A DNA stretch of 64,000 bases from positions 15,624,001 to 15,688,000 of the forward strand of contig NC_043012.1 in the NCBI RefSeq assembly GCF_006345805.1, given 5' to 3'. The notes under the pieces are model-generated. The model made no database searches. It saw only the letters and a program-made list of their open reading frames with translations, and was not told where the DNA came from. Position 1 is the first letter of the stretch. The number at the start of each line of letters is the position of its first letter. Of the stretch, positions 12,933 through 25,560 are shown one piece after another. Source of the stretch: Octopus sinensis (lineage: Eukaryota). The position numbers and the translations under genes were made by a program.

Positions 12933-13039
12933 ATTCCTTATACGATGCACCGTTTCGTCTACTGTTTAATGGTAAACTAACCTGGTTAAATTAAATCAAG
13001 CCAATCTACCATAGGCCCTTAGATTCATCAGTAAGGAAT
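12933..13039 (-). ncRNA. Type I hammerhead ribozyme, array copy 3
   Basis: Same core and stems as copy 1. Confidence 0.88.
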
Positions 13040-13424
13040 AGCCAAATCGGAACAGATATTTTTCATGAGGCATTCACGTCCATGCCTCGCCAATATCTGA
13101 CCTAAAATTTTCAAATCGTCGCACTCGCGCCAAATTTATCGGCAGCAAATAAATATAAGCCGCCGATTCCATTACGGAACTAACCAGAAAATTCATAATT
13201 AATCAATATAGGGAGGCAAAAAAATTTTGTAGAATTCTTTTGCCCCCAGCGGCCTAGTGGGAAAAAATTAAATAGTCATAAACCATTTTTAAGTTCAATA
13301 TCACAATCAAGGAACGGCCATAATAGGCCATTCACCCACTAGAAATAACAGCCAAAAAGCTTCAACCGCAAAATAACATTAATTCTGTAAACCAGGAGAA
13401 AATTAAAAAAACATTTACCCTGAA

Positions 13425-13530
13425 ATTCCTTATACGATGCACCGTTTCGTCTACTGTTTAATGGTAACTAACCTGGTTAAATTAAATCAAGCCAACCTAC
13501 CATAGGCCCTTAGATTCATCAGTAAGGAAT
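13425..13530 (-). ncRNA. Type I hammerhead ribozyme, array copy 4
   Basis: Same core; a 1-nt deletion and a substitution lie inside the stem II insert. Confidence 0.88.
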
Positions 13531-13915
13531 AGCCAAATCGGAACAGATATTTTTCACGAGGCATTCACGTCCATGCCTCGCCAATATCTGACCTAAAATT
13601 TTCAAATCGTCGCACTCGCGCCAAATTTATCGGCAGCAAATAAATATAAGCCGCCGATTCCATTACGGAACTAACCAGAAAATTCATAATTAATCAATAT
13701 AGGGAGGCAAAAAAATTTTGTAGAATTCTTTTGCCCCCAGCGGCCTAGTGGGAAAAAATTAAATAGTCATAAACCATTTTTAAGTTAAATATCACAATCA
13801 AGGAACGGCCATAATAGGCCATTCACCCACTAGAAATAACAGCCAAAAAGCTTCAACCGCAAAATAACATTAATTCTGTAAACCAGGAGAAAATTAAAAA
13901 AACATTTACCCTGAA

Positions 13916-14022
13916 ATTCCTTATACGATGCACCGTTTCGTCTACTGTTTAATGGTAAACTAACCTGGTTAAATTAAATCAAGCCAATCTACCATAGGCC
14001 CTTAGATTCATCAGTAAGGAAT
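13916..14022 (-). ncRNA. Type I hammerhead ribozyme, array copy 5
   Basis: Same core and stems as copy 1. Confidence 0.88.
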
Positions 14023-15419
14023 AGCCAAATCGGAACAGATATTTTTCACGAGGCATTCACGTCCATGCCTCGCCAATATCTGACCTAAAATTTTCAAATC
14101 GTCGCACTCGCGCCAAATTTATCGGCAGCAAATAAATATAAGCCGCTGATTCCATTACGGAACTAACCAGAAAATTCATAATTAATCAATATAGGGAGGC
14201 AAAAAAATTTTGTAGAATTCTTTTAAATATATATATAGATAAATATATATATATATATATACATACATACATACGACGGGCTTCTTTCAGTTTCCATCTA
14301 CCAAATCCACCCACAAGGCTTTGGTCGGCCCGAGGCTATTGTAAATGACACTTGCCCAAGTTCTCACACAGTGGGACTGAACCCGGAACCATGTGGTTCG
14401 TAAGCAAACTACTTACCACACAGCCACTTCTATACCTATGCACTGTTAATCTGTATTGATACTATATTTTGATGGTATCATCAGAAAACCGCCACAGCAG
14501 TTGATAATACATAGCCCCATTGTTGTAATCAGTGTTTCTAATGTTTTATAGTAGTAACCTGTTGTATAATTGTGATAGAACATTCAAATATAACGTCACT
14601 TCATCTCTTAGCATTTAAACTGGCAATATCCAGCCCAAATATTCAACCTGTTTTATGCTCAAACTGATTAGATCTGGTCTCTTACACCTACCCTACAAGA
14701 TCATTTTAAATATATATTTCTTTACTACCCATAAGGGGCTAAACACAGAGGGGACAAACAAGGACAGACAAACGGATTAAGTCAATTACATTGACCCCCC
14801 CAATGTGTAACTGGTAGTTAATTTATCGACCCCGAAAGGATGAAAAGCAAAGTTGACCTTGGCGGGATTTGAACTCAGATCGTAACGGCAGACGAAATAC
14901 GGCTATGCATTTCACCCGGTGTGCTAACGTTTCTGCCAGCTCGCCGCCTTGTTATTTTAAATATAGCTCAGTAAAATCCCTGTCTTCCACACATACAAGC
15001 TTGTCCTTTCAGGTGCTGGTGTCACTTAAAAAGCACCTGTGCCATTGTTGCATAAACACACCCATAACTGTGACACATAAAAATCACTCGGCACACTCTT
15101 AAGTGGTTGGTGTTAGGAAGGACACCCAGTTGTAAAAACCATGCCACAACAGACAGCTGGGGTCCAGACATCCCCACTGCTAGCCAGCTCCTTGCCAAAT
15201 CATCCAACCTATGCTAGCATGGAGACTGGTTATTAAACAAGGATGATGATGATGATGTTAAAATCTCAAAGCTACGAGATGATTCATAATTAATTCAAGC
15301 CTATGTGAATGAATAAATGTTACATTTGACAAAAAATGTGAATTTCATTAACTACCAAAATTTTACTTGTCTGTAAATATAGTTGGGCATTGTGATTTAA
15401 ATATATTTAATTTTAATAC

Positions 15420-15611
15420 TCTTTTACTTGTTTCAGTCATTTGACTGTGGCCATGCTGGAGCACCGCCTTTAGTCGAGCAAATTGACCGTAGGACTTATT
15501 CTTTGTAAGCCTAGTACTTGTTCTATCGGTCTCTTTTTCCGAACTACTAAGTTATAGGGATGTAAACACACCAGCATTGGTTGTCAAGCGATGTTGGGGT
15601 GATAAACACAG

Positions 15612-15648
<37 letters not shown>

Positions 15649-15812
15649 CGATTGGCATCTTTAAGCTTGTGTCTGTCAAATCCACTCACAAGGCTTTGGT
15701 GGGCCCGAGGCTGTAGTAGAAGATACTTGCCAAGGTGCCATGCTGTGGGACTGAACCCGGAACCATGTGGTTGGTAAGCAAGCTACTTATCACACAGCCA
15801 CTCCTACGCCTA
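15420..15812 (-). mobile_element. SINE family C with internal (TA)/(TG) microsatellite, representative intact copy
   Basis: Head gtggctgtgtg(g/a)taagtagcttgc...gggttcagtccc, internal microsatellite, tail ...gactgaaacaagtaaaag; many copies across the window. Confidence 0.85.
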
Positions 15813-16883
15813 TATGAATAAAAAAAAATCAATAATATATTCATTTGTTTCCTTTAAAATAAACTGTGCAGAAATCAATTTAATGAAGTTCACAAATTTA
15901 CATAAGTTCATGTGCTATGAGAAGGAATTTGAATATTTAGGTGTGAACCATTTGTTGAGTAAAAGAAAATCGGATGATTTGGACAGTATAAGTTTGAAGA
16001 CTGTATCAAAAAGAGAGAGATAACCAAACAATTATACTATTTTGTCGGTCACACAAAGACCAAATTTTTTGCCTAATTCAGGGATCTTATTCTTGATCTC
16101 TGTGACCATTTTCTCAATGACTGCATCACTGCCACACTATCACCAATGAAAAATAACTTGCTTTCACTAAGTTCACTCTATATTGGGATGCCCTTCAACA
16201 AGTGTTATTTAACTCTTTAGCGTTTAAACCAATCATATCCAGCCCAAATATCCTACTTATTTTCTTTTCAAACCAACCAGTTTTCGCCTCCCACACTTAT
16301 GTTACAATGTCATTCTAAAAATAAACAATTGCATCATCAAGTTTTTGAAGCTATGAGTTAATGCATATCTAATTCAACCCATTATGAATAAGTAGGATTT
16401 ACATTTGACTGAATAATTTGAATGTTAAATCACCTTTGACATCTCTCTTTTTACCATTATCTATTTCTTTACTACCCACAAGGGGCTAAACATAGAGGGG
16501 ACAAACAAGGACAGACAAATGGATTAAGTCGATTACATCGACCCCCAGTGCGTAACTGGTACTTAATTTATTGACCCCGAAAGGATGAAAGGCAAAGTTG
16601 ACCTCGGCGGAATTTGAACTCAGATCGTAACGGCAGACAAACTACCGCTAGGCATTTCGCCCGTAGTGCTAACGTTTCTGCCAGCTCATACTAAAGTTTC
16701 TGCCCAATCTTTCTGTTGTTTTCATGGCTATACTGTGTTTGAAATATTACTTTCTTGTCACTAATACATTTATTAATCTTTGAATAAAAGCGAGAGTAAC
16801 AACACCTGCATCTTCTACCTTGTTGATGTTGGTAAATGTCTTCAAAATTTAAATCATTTCCTGATCTCAATTCACTTTTCCAG

Positions 16884-17023
16884 ATCCCTGTAAGCTGACC
16901 AAAGTAAATGTTCTCTACGTCGACTATGGCAACACTGAAGTTGTTTCAAGTGAATGTCTGCAAGAATTGCCCTACTCTCTAAGTCAACTGCCATGTCAAG
17001 CAATCTGTTGTTCCTTAGCAAAT
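16884..17023 (+). CDS. Tudor-domain protein, exon C
   Basis: Acceptor cacttttccag|; encodes DPCKLTKVNVLYVDYGNTEVV...LPCQAICCSLAN (DYGN motif); donor |GTATGT. Not in the ORF track; phases match both neighbours. Confidence 0.92.
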
Positions 17024-17075
17024 GTATGTTTCTAAATTAATTACCATTTTATATTATCTAACAATAACGATTTTA

Positions 17076-17612
17076 TTGGGTTGTCCGGAACGTTCGTGCT
17101 GATTTTTAAAGGAAAGAAAAAAAGGTCAATAACTATTTCTCATTGCATTTTTAATCATTCAAATATGAACCATTTTGTTGCACAATGCATCTCCATCTTT
17201 TCTTTAACTTGAAAATACCCTCTTCCCAGAATTGAGGTGGTTTTATGGCAAAGAATTTATCAAGGTATCTTTTTATGTCATCCAAGGAATTGAAATTTTT
17301 TACCATTAAGACTATTTGGCAGAGACCTGAATAAGTGGAAATCCGAAGGAGCAATATCTAGTGAATATGGAGGGTGGGGTAACACATCCCAGCCAACATC
17401 AGTTGCCGAAAATGAACTTTCTTATCTTCCATTTTAAAGGGTTACAAAATTAACACAGGTAATAGGAACAAACCTTCTTCCACGAAAAGATAGCTTAAAC
17501 TGTGCTCTAAATGGAGGTATAGTCAAATCCTATTTTATGGTCTCCGCCAAGTTCTAAAATAAGTCGAAAGGTAAGCTACTATAAATCGGCACAAACTTTC
17601 CGGACAACCCAA
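17076..17612 (-). mobile_element. Internally deleted mariner transposon
   Basis: TIRs ttgggttgtccggaa / ttccggacaacccaa with TA on both flanks; remnant PHPPYSLDIAPSDFHLFRSL...FWEEGIFKLKKRW. Confidence 0.9.
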
Positions 17613-19483
17613 TACTTATGTTGTTCTTGTATTTGTACCAATCAGGCATCACTATTGTCATTGTTATCATCATTACCATCATCATCATCATTTCAATGTT
17701 TTCTTTTTCATGCTTGCATGGGTCAGATGGAATTTGTTGAAGTGGATTTTTTTACAGCTAAATGCTCTTCCTGATGCCAACCCTCGCCTATTTCCAATGA
17801 AGGTGGTTTATCCCCATGACCAGACTTTGCTTTCACAGAAGACTGGAAACAAAAGGACACTGCTTGCATGACAGTGACTTTTGTTTACAACTATCACATG
17901 AAGTCAAAGCAAGGAGGCATTAACAGATAGACACACACACACACATGTATATTGTCTTCATCATCATCATCATCGTTTAACATCTGCCTTCCATGCTGGC
18001 ATGGGTTGGAGGGTTTGACAGGAGCCAGCCAGGTAGCAGACTACACCAGGCTACTGCATCTGTTTTGGTATTGTTTTTATAACTGGATGCCCTTCCTAAC
18101 TCCGACCACCAGGGGGTGTTGATCTCTAATTGTAGAGGGAACATGTAGAAAGTGTAGATCCAAGAAGATGTGGGATGAAGTGGTGAGAAAGGATCTACAG
18201 ATGTTAGGACTCATAGAAGGGAAGACAGAAGACCAGGACTCTTGGCGGTTTGCTGTGCTAGCAAAAGCATGTCAAGCTATGTAAATACATGGTTACTCTT
18301 GCATACAAACTCATCCGTTGCAACCATCTTCAGCTGAGCATCTCTAATCTTGCAGGCTTGTAAGTGCTGGTGTCACATAAAAAGCGCTCACTCCAGTGCT
18401 GCATAAAATTACCAAGTACATGCTGTAAAGTGGGTAGTATTAGGAAGGGCACCCAGCCATAGAAACCATGCCGAAACAGACATAGAGCCTGAACAGTCCT
18501 GTCAAACTGTCAAAGCCATGCCAGCATTGGAAAGAAATATTAAATGATGATGATGATATATGTGTGTGTGTGTATTTATATATATATATATATATACTGT
18601 TGTGTCTGGGGAGAGTAATTTTCTTTTTGTGCCTTATAATTTAACACACCCACTGGTAAAATTTCCACTTATTCCTTATTTTTATTTTCCTAACATTTTC
18701 GTTGTGTTTTGCTACTTTTAGTAGCTGGCTATAATGTAATTATGCCAGTCATTGGAGATTACACCTTCCTTTCCATTACTATATTTCTTTTGTAGACCAT
18801 CCTTGTTAATTAAAAGCACTGTAAAAGAGAAAAGATAAAACAAAATCTTCCAGAAAGTGGGGATTGTTTAGGATGACAATGAAAATACCTTACAGTTATA
18901 TACATACAGAAAATGCTTAAATGTTTGAGCTACAGCTGAGACTAAGCAAGAAAACTAGAAGAACCATCAGAGCCCCTAACTTCTTCATATATTTGCATTC
19001 AGTGTCTTTACTCTAAGAGTTTGGCTCGCATAGCTCAACAGTAGTTCATTTACCTTCTCAAATGGTTAAGAAACTTAGCTATAGAAATGGCAGCATAATA
19101 TTAGCAGAAGCTACTGAATGACAAGTAAATTTTTTTCCTCAGAGCTGTTAACAGTAGGTTGATATGAATTCTGTATATTAGTGAGATTATTTTGTATGCT
19201 TACATAATACATATAGGTACACACATACACATAATTTGTGTTGCTGTGCCAAGTAACAACTAAACAATTATCTTGTGGAGATTAAAGAGCAAATTAAAAA
19301 ACAAAAGTAAAAATAAATTCCACTAATTTGAGAGAGAGAGAGAGAGAGAGAGAGTTACTTGGTAAGTGATATATGTTTTGGGTCCTATCATTGGACCCTT
19401 TGATTTGTTTCTGTCTCAAACTGATGCTTATAACGACATATTATTAAATATATTTTACATACATTTTTTGTTTTTAATTGCAG

Positions 19484-20789
19484 ATTGCTCCTGTTGATAT
19501 TAAGAATGATTGGTCAATAAACATCTCTGACATTTTTCAGAAATTAGTGTCTTATTCAGTTCTGTTGTGTATTCCCAAAATTTCCTGTACAGATGGTTTG
19601 CCACATTTAGTCCATTTGTACCCAATTGACTTCCCCAGTGCTTCCGCTTTGCAGCTCTACAGCATCAGTTTACAGCTGATCTCTAAAAATTGTGCTGTAT
19701 ACATCCCTATTTCTGAGCAAATTAATTTAATATGTAACATTCTGAAAACTTGGGTTCTATTCAATCAACAGCCATTGTTAGATTCCACTGAGGAGGACAG
19801 CATTTCTGTGACTTCTTACAGAAAGATGATACCACAAAAAAACAATATTATGATGGAAATATAAACCAACAAATTAGATCTGCATTTACTAAACGAATGG
19901 AGTGTTCTACAATTTATGAAGAGCCTTCTGAGGAATTTGAAGAAGAGAACTGTTTAAGTGTTAATGTTGCCGGTCAGTGTGAACATTCCACTTCTCAAAC
20001 AAGTCCTGAAAAATTGAATTATCAAATAAGTTCCGAAATGTCTAATTGTCAAACAAAATCGAAAATATGCAATTCTCAGACAAGTCCTGAAAAATCTCTG
20101 TCTGACTCATCAACACTTCCATGCACTAATGTAACAACTGATAACAAAGAAGGTACATTGGAAAGTTGTTCTAGTGAACCTTTACCAAAACAATTCCAAA
20201 CCACTGACACATCTATCAAAAAATGCAACACAATCAGCTCAGATACTGAGAAAATACACGAAGTTGTATTTTCATATGTTTCAACTCCTTCTGATTTCTA
20301 TGTTTATATAATAAACTCTGCAACTATTGAGAGGCTTGCAGATCTTGTCCAAAGTCTTAATGAAAAGTTCTTGAGCCTAAAACCAACTGAACTCTTAGAA
20401 CTCTCTGAAACCTTGAAAATTGAGATCAATTCTTTATGCTGTTGTTATGACAAAACTGACCAATCTTACCATCGAGGCATTATTATTGACTTCAAATCTG
20501 CTCAGAAACCAAATAAAATGTCTGTTAAGGTTTTCTACATGGATTATGGATATATTGCCTGGATTTCAAGAAAGCACATTTACCCCTTGAATATAGCTTA
20601 TAAAAAGTTTCCTGCATTAGCTGTGCATTGTACATTGGCTAGAATATGTCCTGTTGGTCAAAAGCCACATCCTAGCGATACATATATCTGGCCAGAAAAG
20701 GCCAAGAAAGCATTTAAGAAAAATATCAACTTCAAAGATTCTTATGTCATGAAGATTGTATCTGGAAATCTGCCATCAACATCATTTAG
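19484..20789 (+). CDS. Tudor-domain protein, large exon D (end of Tudor 1, linker, Tudor 2) with a frame discontinuity near 19836-19842
   Basis: Acceptor aattgcag|ATT; IAPVDIKNDWS...; second frame gives FSYVSTPSDFYVY...YHRGII...VFYMDYG...PALAVHCTL; donor AG|GTAAAA. Confidence 0.85.
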
Positions 20790-21621
20790 GTAAAAGAATT
20801 AACCACTTTCACTCATTTGTCATTACCACCATCACTATCATCACTTTTATATCTGTTTTTTTTTCTTTCAGGCTTGCATAGCTTTGTCTTTACAGTCTTT
20901 CAACACTTGTATCCCTTCCTCATCTTCTTTGTGAGGGTCAACAATCTTAGATCTACCCTTACCATTTCTACATTTGCTTCTTGCAGTCCTTCTCTTTCTC
21001 ATTTTCTTTCCAGTTGGATCATCTACCACTTCTTCAACCAACTATCATTATAAGTACGTGGCCGATGCCAGCGCCACCTTGACTGGCCTCTGTGCCAGTG
21101 GCATGTAAAAAGCACCCACTACACTCATGGAGTGGTTGGCATTAGGAAGGACATCCAGCTGTAGAAACACTGCCAGATCAGACTGGAGCCTGGTGCAGCC
21201 TTCTGGCTTCCCAGACCCCGGTCGAACCGTCCAACCCATGCTAGCATGGAAAGCGGACGTTAAACGATGATGATGATGATGATTGCATCACCATATCAGC
21301 ACAGTTTATCTGCTTCCTACTTTACTCATTTTTCTTTCAGCTCACCTGCACCTCGTTAGTTTACATAATCTAACATTATACAGCCAGTAGAGTATGCTCA
21401 CTTCATTGTTTTACATTCTCAGTTCATTCTCTGGCACAGACATGGGTGTGTGGTAAGAAACTTGCTTCCCAACCACATAGTTCCAGGTTCAGTCCCACTG
21501 CATGGCACCTTGGACAAATTTCTTAGCATTGGGTTGACCAAAGCCTTGTCAGTGGTTTTGGTAGATGGAAACTGAAATAAGCCTATGGTGTGTATATATA
21601 TATATATATACATGCATATAT

Positions 21622-23288
21622 ATGCGTGCCATGTACAGGGACGCTGTTAGTAAGGTGAGGGTTGGCAACGAGTACAGTGAAGAATTCCGGGTAGAGGTTG
21701 GGGTCCACCAAGGCTCAGTCCTCAGTCCCCTCCTATTTATCATAGTCCTCCAGGCAATAACGGAGGAATTCAAGACAGGATGCCCCTGGGAGCTCCTCTA
21801 TGCTGATGACCTTGCTCTAATTGCTGAATCGCTATCAGAACTCGAGGAGAAGTTTCAGGTGTGGAAGCAAGGATTAGAATCGAAGGGCCTTAGAGTCAAT
21901 CTAGCTAAAACCAAAGTCCTAATAAGTAGGAAGGTAGACAAATCACAAACGCCTTCAGGTAGATGGCCCTGCTCGATCTGTAGAAAAGGCGTAGGTAGGA
22001 ACTCTATAAGATGCACCAAGTGTAAGCTATGGACACATAAAAGGTGCAGCAATGTCAAAGGAAGGCTAACTAGGAATATAGCTTTTGTATGTGGCAGATG
22101 CTCGGGAGCACTAAACACTGAAAATGCGCAGAGACCATCTTCCGCCACATTCCAGGGAGAAAAACTAGAAATAGTTGATAGTTTACGTTACCTAGGTGAT
22201 CAAGTCAGTAGCGGGGATGGGTCTGCCGAAAGCGTAACTGCTAGAGTAAGAATAGCCTGGGCAAAGTTCAGAGAGCTCTTACCTCTGCTGGTGACAAAAG
22301 GCCTCTTGCTCAGAGTAAAAGGCAGACTGTATGACGCATGTGTACGAACAGCCATGCTACATGGCAATGAAACATGGGCCGTGACTGCTGAGGATATGCG
22401 TAAGCTCGCAAGAAATAAAGCCAGTATGCTCCGATGGATGTGTAATGCCAGTGTTCATACCCGACAGAGTGTAAGTGCCTTGAGAGAAAAGTTGGACCTA
22501 AGAAGCATCAGATGTGGTGTGCAAGAGAGACGTCTACGCTGGTATGGACACGTGGTAAGAATGGATGAAGATAGTTGTTTGAAAAAGTGCCACACCCTAG
22601 CAGTTGAGGGAACCTGTGGAAGAGGTAGACCCAGGAAAACCTGGGACGAGGTGGTGAAACACGACCTTCGCTCTTTAGGTCTCACCGAGGAAATGACCAG
22701 AGACTGAGACCATTGGAAGTATGCTGTGCGTGAGAAGACCCGGCAGGACAAGTGAGGCCACAACCCGTGGCCCCTACCTGGGACATAGTCAGTCCACCTG
22801 TGCATACCTTCCTTCTTGGGACACATAACTCTACTTGTGAAGACCTGTTGAGGCAAGTAAAAATCAAAGAATCAAATCAAAATCAAAATCGATCAATATC
22901 AATGGAATTTGTAGTTTTTGGTACCAGTGCCGGTGGCACATAAGAGAACCATCCGAATGTGGCCGTAGCCAGCACTGCATCGACTGGCCTCCATGCTGGT
23001 GGCACGTAATAAACACCATTCGATCGTGGCCGTGCCAGCCTCGCCTGGCCTCTGTGCCTGTGGCACATAAAAAACACCATCCGAGCATGGCCGTTCGCCA
23101 GCCTCGTCTGGCACCTGTGTCGGTGGCACGTAAAAAGCACCCACTACACTCACGGAGTGGTTGGCGTTAGGAAGGGCATCCAGCTGTCGAAACACTGCCA
23201 GATCTGACTGGCCTGGTGCAGCCTTCGGGCTTCCCAGACTCCAGTTGAACCGTCCAACCCATGCCAGCATGGAAAGCGGACGTTAAAC

Positions 23289-23320
<32 letters not shown>
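21622..23320 (+). mobile_element. 5'-truncated RTE-clade LINE (RT C-terminal half, 3' UTR, (GAT)n tail)
   Basis: GVHQGSVLSPLLF, LLYADDL, YLG, RLRWYGHV, GRGRPRKTW; long open frame to 22707; (gat)n tail. Confidence 0.95.
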
Positions 23321-23321
<1 letters not shown>

Positions 23322-23870
23322 ATATATATATATTAATCTTGATATATATATATATATTAATCTTGCTATATATGTGTGTGTGTGTGTGTGCATGTTGATG
23401 TGTTTACATCCCCATAACTTAGCAGTTTGGCGTAAGAGAGCAATAGAATAAGTACTAGGCTTAAAAAAAAAAGTCCTGTGGTCAACTTGTTCAACTAAAA
23501 CCCTTCAAGGCAGTGCTTCAACATAGGCGTAGTCAAACGACTGAAACAAGTAAAAGATAAAAGATAACTGCTCATGTTTCTCTACTTTGGTAGCGTACAC
23601 TTTGTACATATGCATCTTAGAATCTACTCTTCATTTCAAGAGTTATCTTTTGCTATCAATGTAGGCAATGACTTCTTGTCCCCATTCTCATTATCGTGTT
23701 TTCACAATACTTAATTCACATAAGTAATAAATTATTAAGTGTTACTCAAGAAGACCTGTCCCCCACAACAGAAGTGTTAAGGCCACAACTTCTGGTGAAC
23801 AAGATTGGCCTGCAAGAGTACTGTGTCAGTGTCACATAAAAGCGATTGTGCTGGTGGCACATTAAGAGCA

Positions 23871-24175
23871 GTGGAGGCACATGGCTTAGTGGTTAGAGCA
23901 GCGGACTCGCGGTCAAGGGACCGTGGGTTCGAATTTCAGACTGGACGATATGTGTGTTTATGAGCGAAACACCTAAGCTCTACGCGGCCCTGGCAGAAGG
24001 TAATGGCAAAACTTCTGCTGACTCTTTCGCTACAACTTTCTCTCACTCTTTTCTCCTGCATCTTGCAGCTCACCTGCGATGGACTGGTGTCCCGTCCAGG
24101 TGGGGAACCTATACGTCAAGAAACCAGGAAACTGGCCCTTATGAGCCAGGCATGGCTTGAGAAGGAACAAACAAC
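23871..24175 (+). mobile_element. tRNA-headed SINE (family A)
   Basis: A box TGGCTTAGTGG, B box GGTTCGAATT; second copy at 52726-53022. Confidence 0.85.
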
Positions 24176-24734
24176 AAACAACATTAAGAGCACCCAGTAC
24201 ACACTGTAAAGTGTTTGGCATTAGGAAGGACATCCATAGAAACCAAACCAAATTTAAACCGGGTCCTAGTGCAGCTCCTCAGCTTACCAAACTATGTTGG
24301 CAGGGAAAATGTATGTCAAAGGATGATGATGATGATGATGCTGATGATTCTATGTAGCTTAATGAGTATTAGCAATAATTGATTTCATTTAGTGCTCTTG
24401 CTGCTAATTACTCCCGTGCATTAATTGCTTAAAGAGTCTAATTCTTCGTTAGTTATTTTGTGATTCCACCACAATTCCTACGCATCGTACTCAGTTTGCA
24501 TTTCAAGGATATGTATAAGTATTCTTTTATTCTTTTACTTGTCTCAGTCGTTTGACTATGGCCATGCTGGAGCACTGCCTTTAGTCGAACCAACTGACTC
24601 CAGTTTGTAAGCCTGGTACTTATTTTATTGGTTGATTTTGCTGAACCGCTAAGTTATAGGGACGTAAACACACCAACATTGGTTGTCAAGTAATGGTGGG
24701 GGATGACAAACACAGGCACACACACACACTCACA

Positions 24735-24767
<33 letters not shown>

Positions 24768-24771
<4 letters not shown>

Positions 24772-24925
24772 AGAGTTTGTGAAAAAAACAAAAGACAAAG
24801 ATAGGTGGTGTACAAAACAAACAGATGTATTAGTATAACGCTCAGGAATAGAAAAAGTCTTTTACGTTTCAAGCCTACGCTCTTCTACAGAAAGGGACAC
24901 AGAAAAAACAAGGAGAGAAAAAAAA
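24768..24925 (-). mobile_element. Second copy of the 2850-3041 repeat, nested in a SINE microsatellite
   Basis: Sequence identity with 2850-3010; core reads CUGUAGA. Confidence 0.55.
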
Positions 24926-25049
24926 TGTGTGTATATATATATGATGGGCTTCTTTCAGTTTCTGTCTACAAAATCCACTCACAATGCTTTGGTTGGCCCA
25001 AGGCTACAATAGAAGATGTTTGCCGAAGGTGTCACACGGTGGGACTGTT

Positions 25050-25560
25050 GCCAGACATTGGGTCTTCCAGCAGTCACCTTCTTGGCCCAGAGAAGCACTA
25101 CCTCCTCCAGGCAATTGATGTAGGCCTCCATGGGAAGATGAGGCTATGTGGGGAGATGAATGGAGGTATAACGTTGCCACCACTAGTGATCACTCCAAAT
25201 ACCATGATGTTGACTGGATGTTTGATTTTTATCGCTCTCGGTACATGTTTTGGGGACACAGCAAGCCAATGGTTGTTCTGTGTGTTCACCATCTGATCCT
25301 GGCTGAAATTTTTCTCATCTGAGAACTATGTTCGGTTAATATACTTTTCATGTGTATGTGTGTGGCCTTCATAGTGTGGGTGTGTGGCCTTTCCTCTTGC
25401 TCTTGATGGCTTAGGATAAAAATTGGCCCTTTCTCATCTTGTATGAGGAATATTGAATGTCTTCATGTAGTACCTTGCTTGATAAGAAACTCAGATACTC
25501 CCACATACATGGTGATGGACCTGATTGTCAATCATGCTCTGGATCTCACTAACAAATCCA
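25050..25560 (-). mobile_element. Tc1-like transposase fragment
   Basis: KHPVNIMVFGVITSGGNVIPPFI resembles the Tc1-family MVWG motif region. Confidence 0.6.

Larger units (their letters stand above)
11826..14224 (-). repeat. Tandem array, ~4.9 near-identical copies of a 491-492 bp non-coding unit (retrozyme / Penelope pLTR-like)
   Basis: Unit starts (tcacaatcaagg) at 11826, 12318, 12809, 13301 and 13792; last copy truncated; (TA)n on both flanks; no ORF in the track. Confidence 0.97.

Noticed and set aside
11826-14224. CRISPR array or rDNA/snRNA gene cluster
   Set aside because: Units are identical along their whole length with no unique spacers, the context is eukaryotic, and I see no resemblance to 5S, tRNA or snRNA.
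23871-23945. tRNA gene
   Set aside because: Poor cloverleaf, and it continues into a body shared with 52726-53022, so it is a SINE head.
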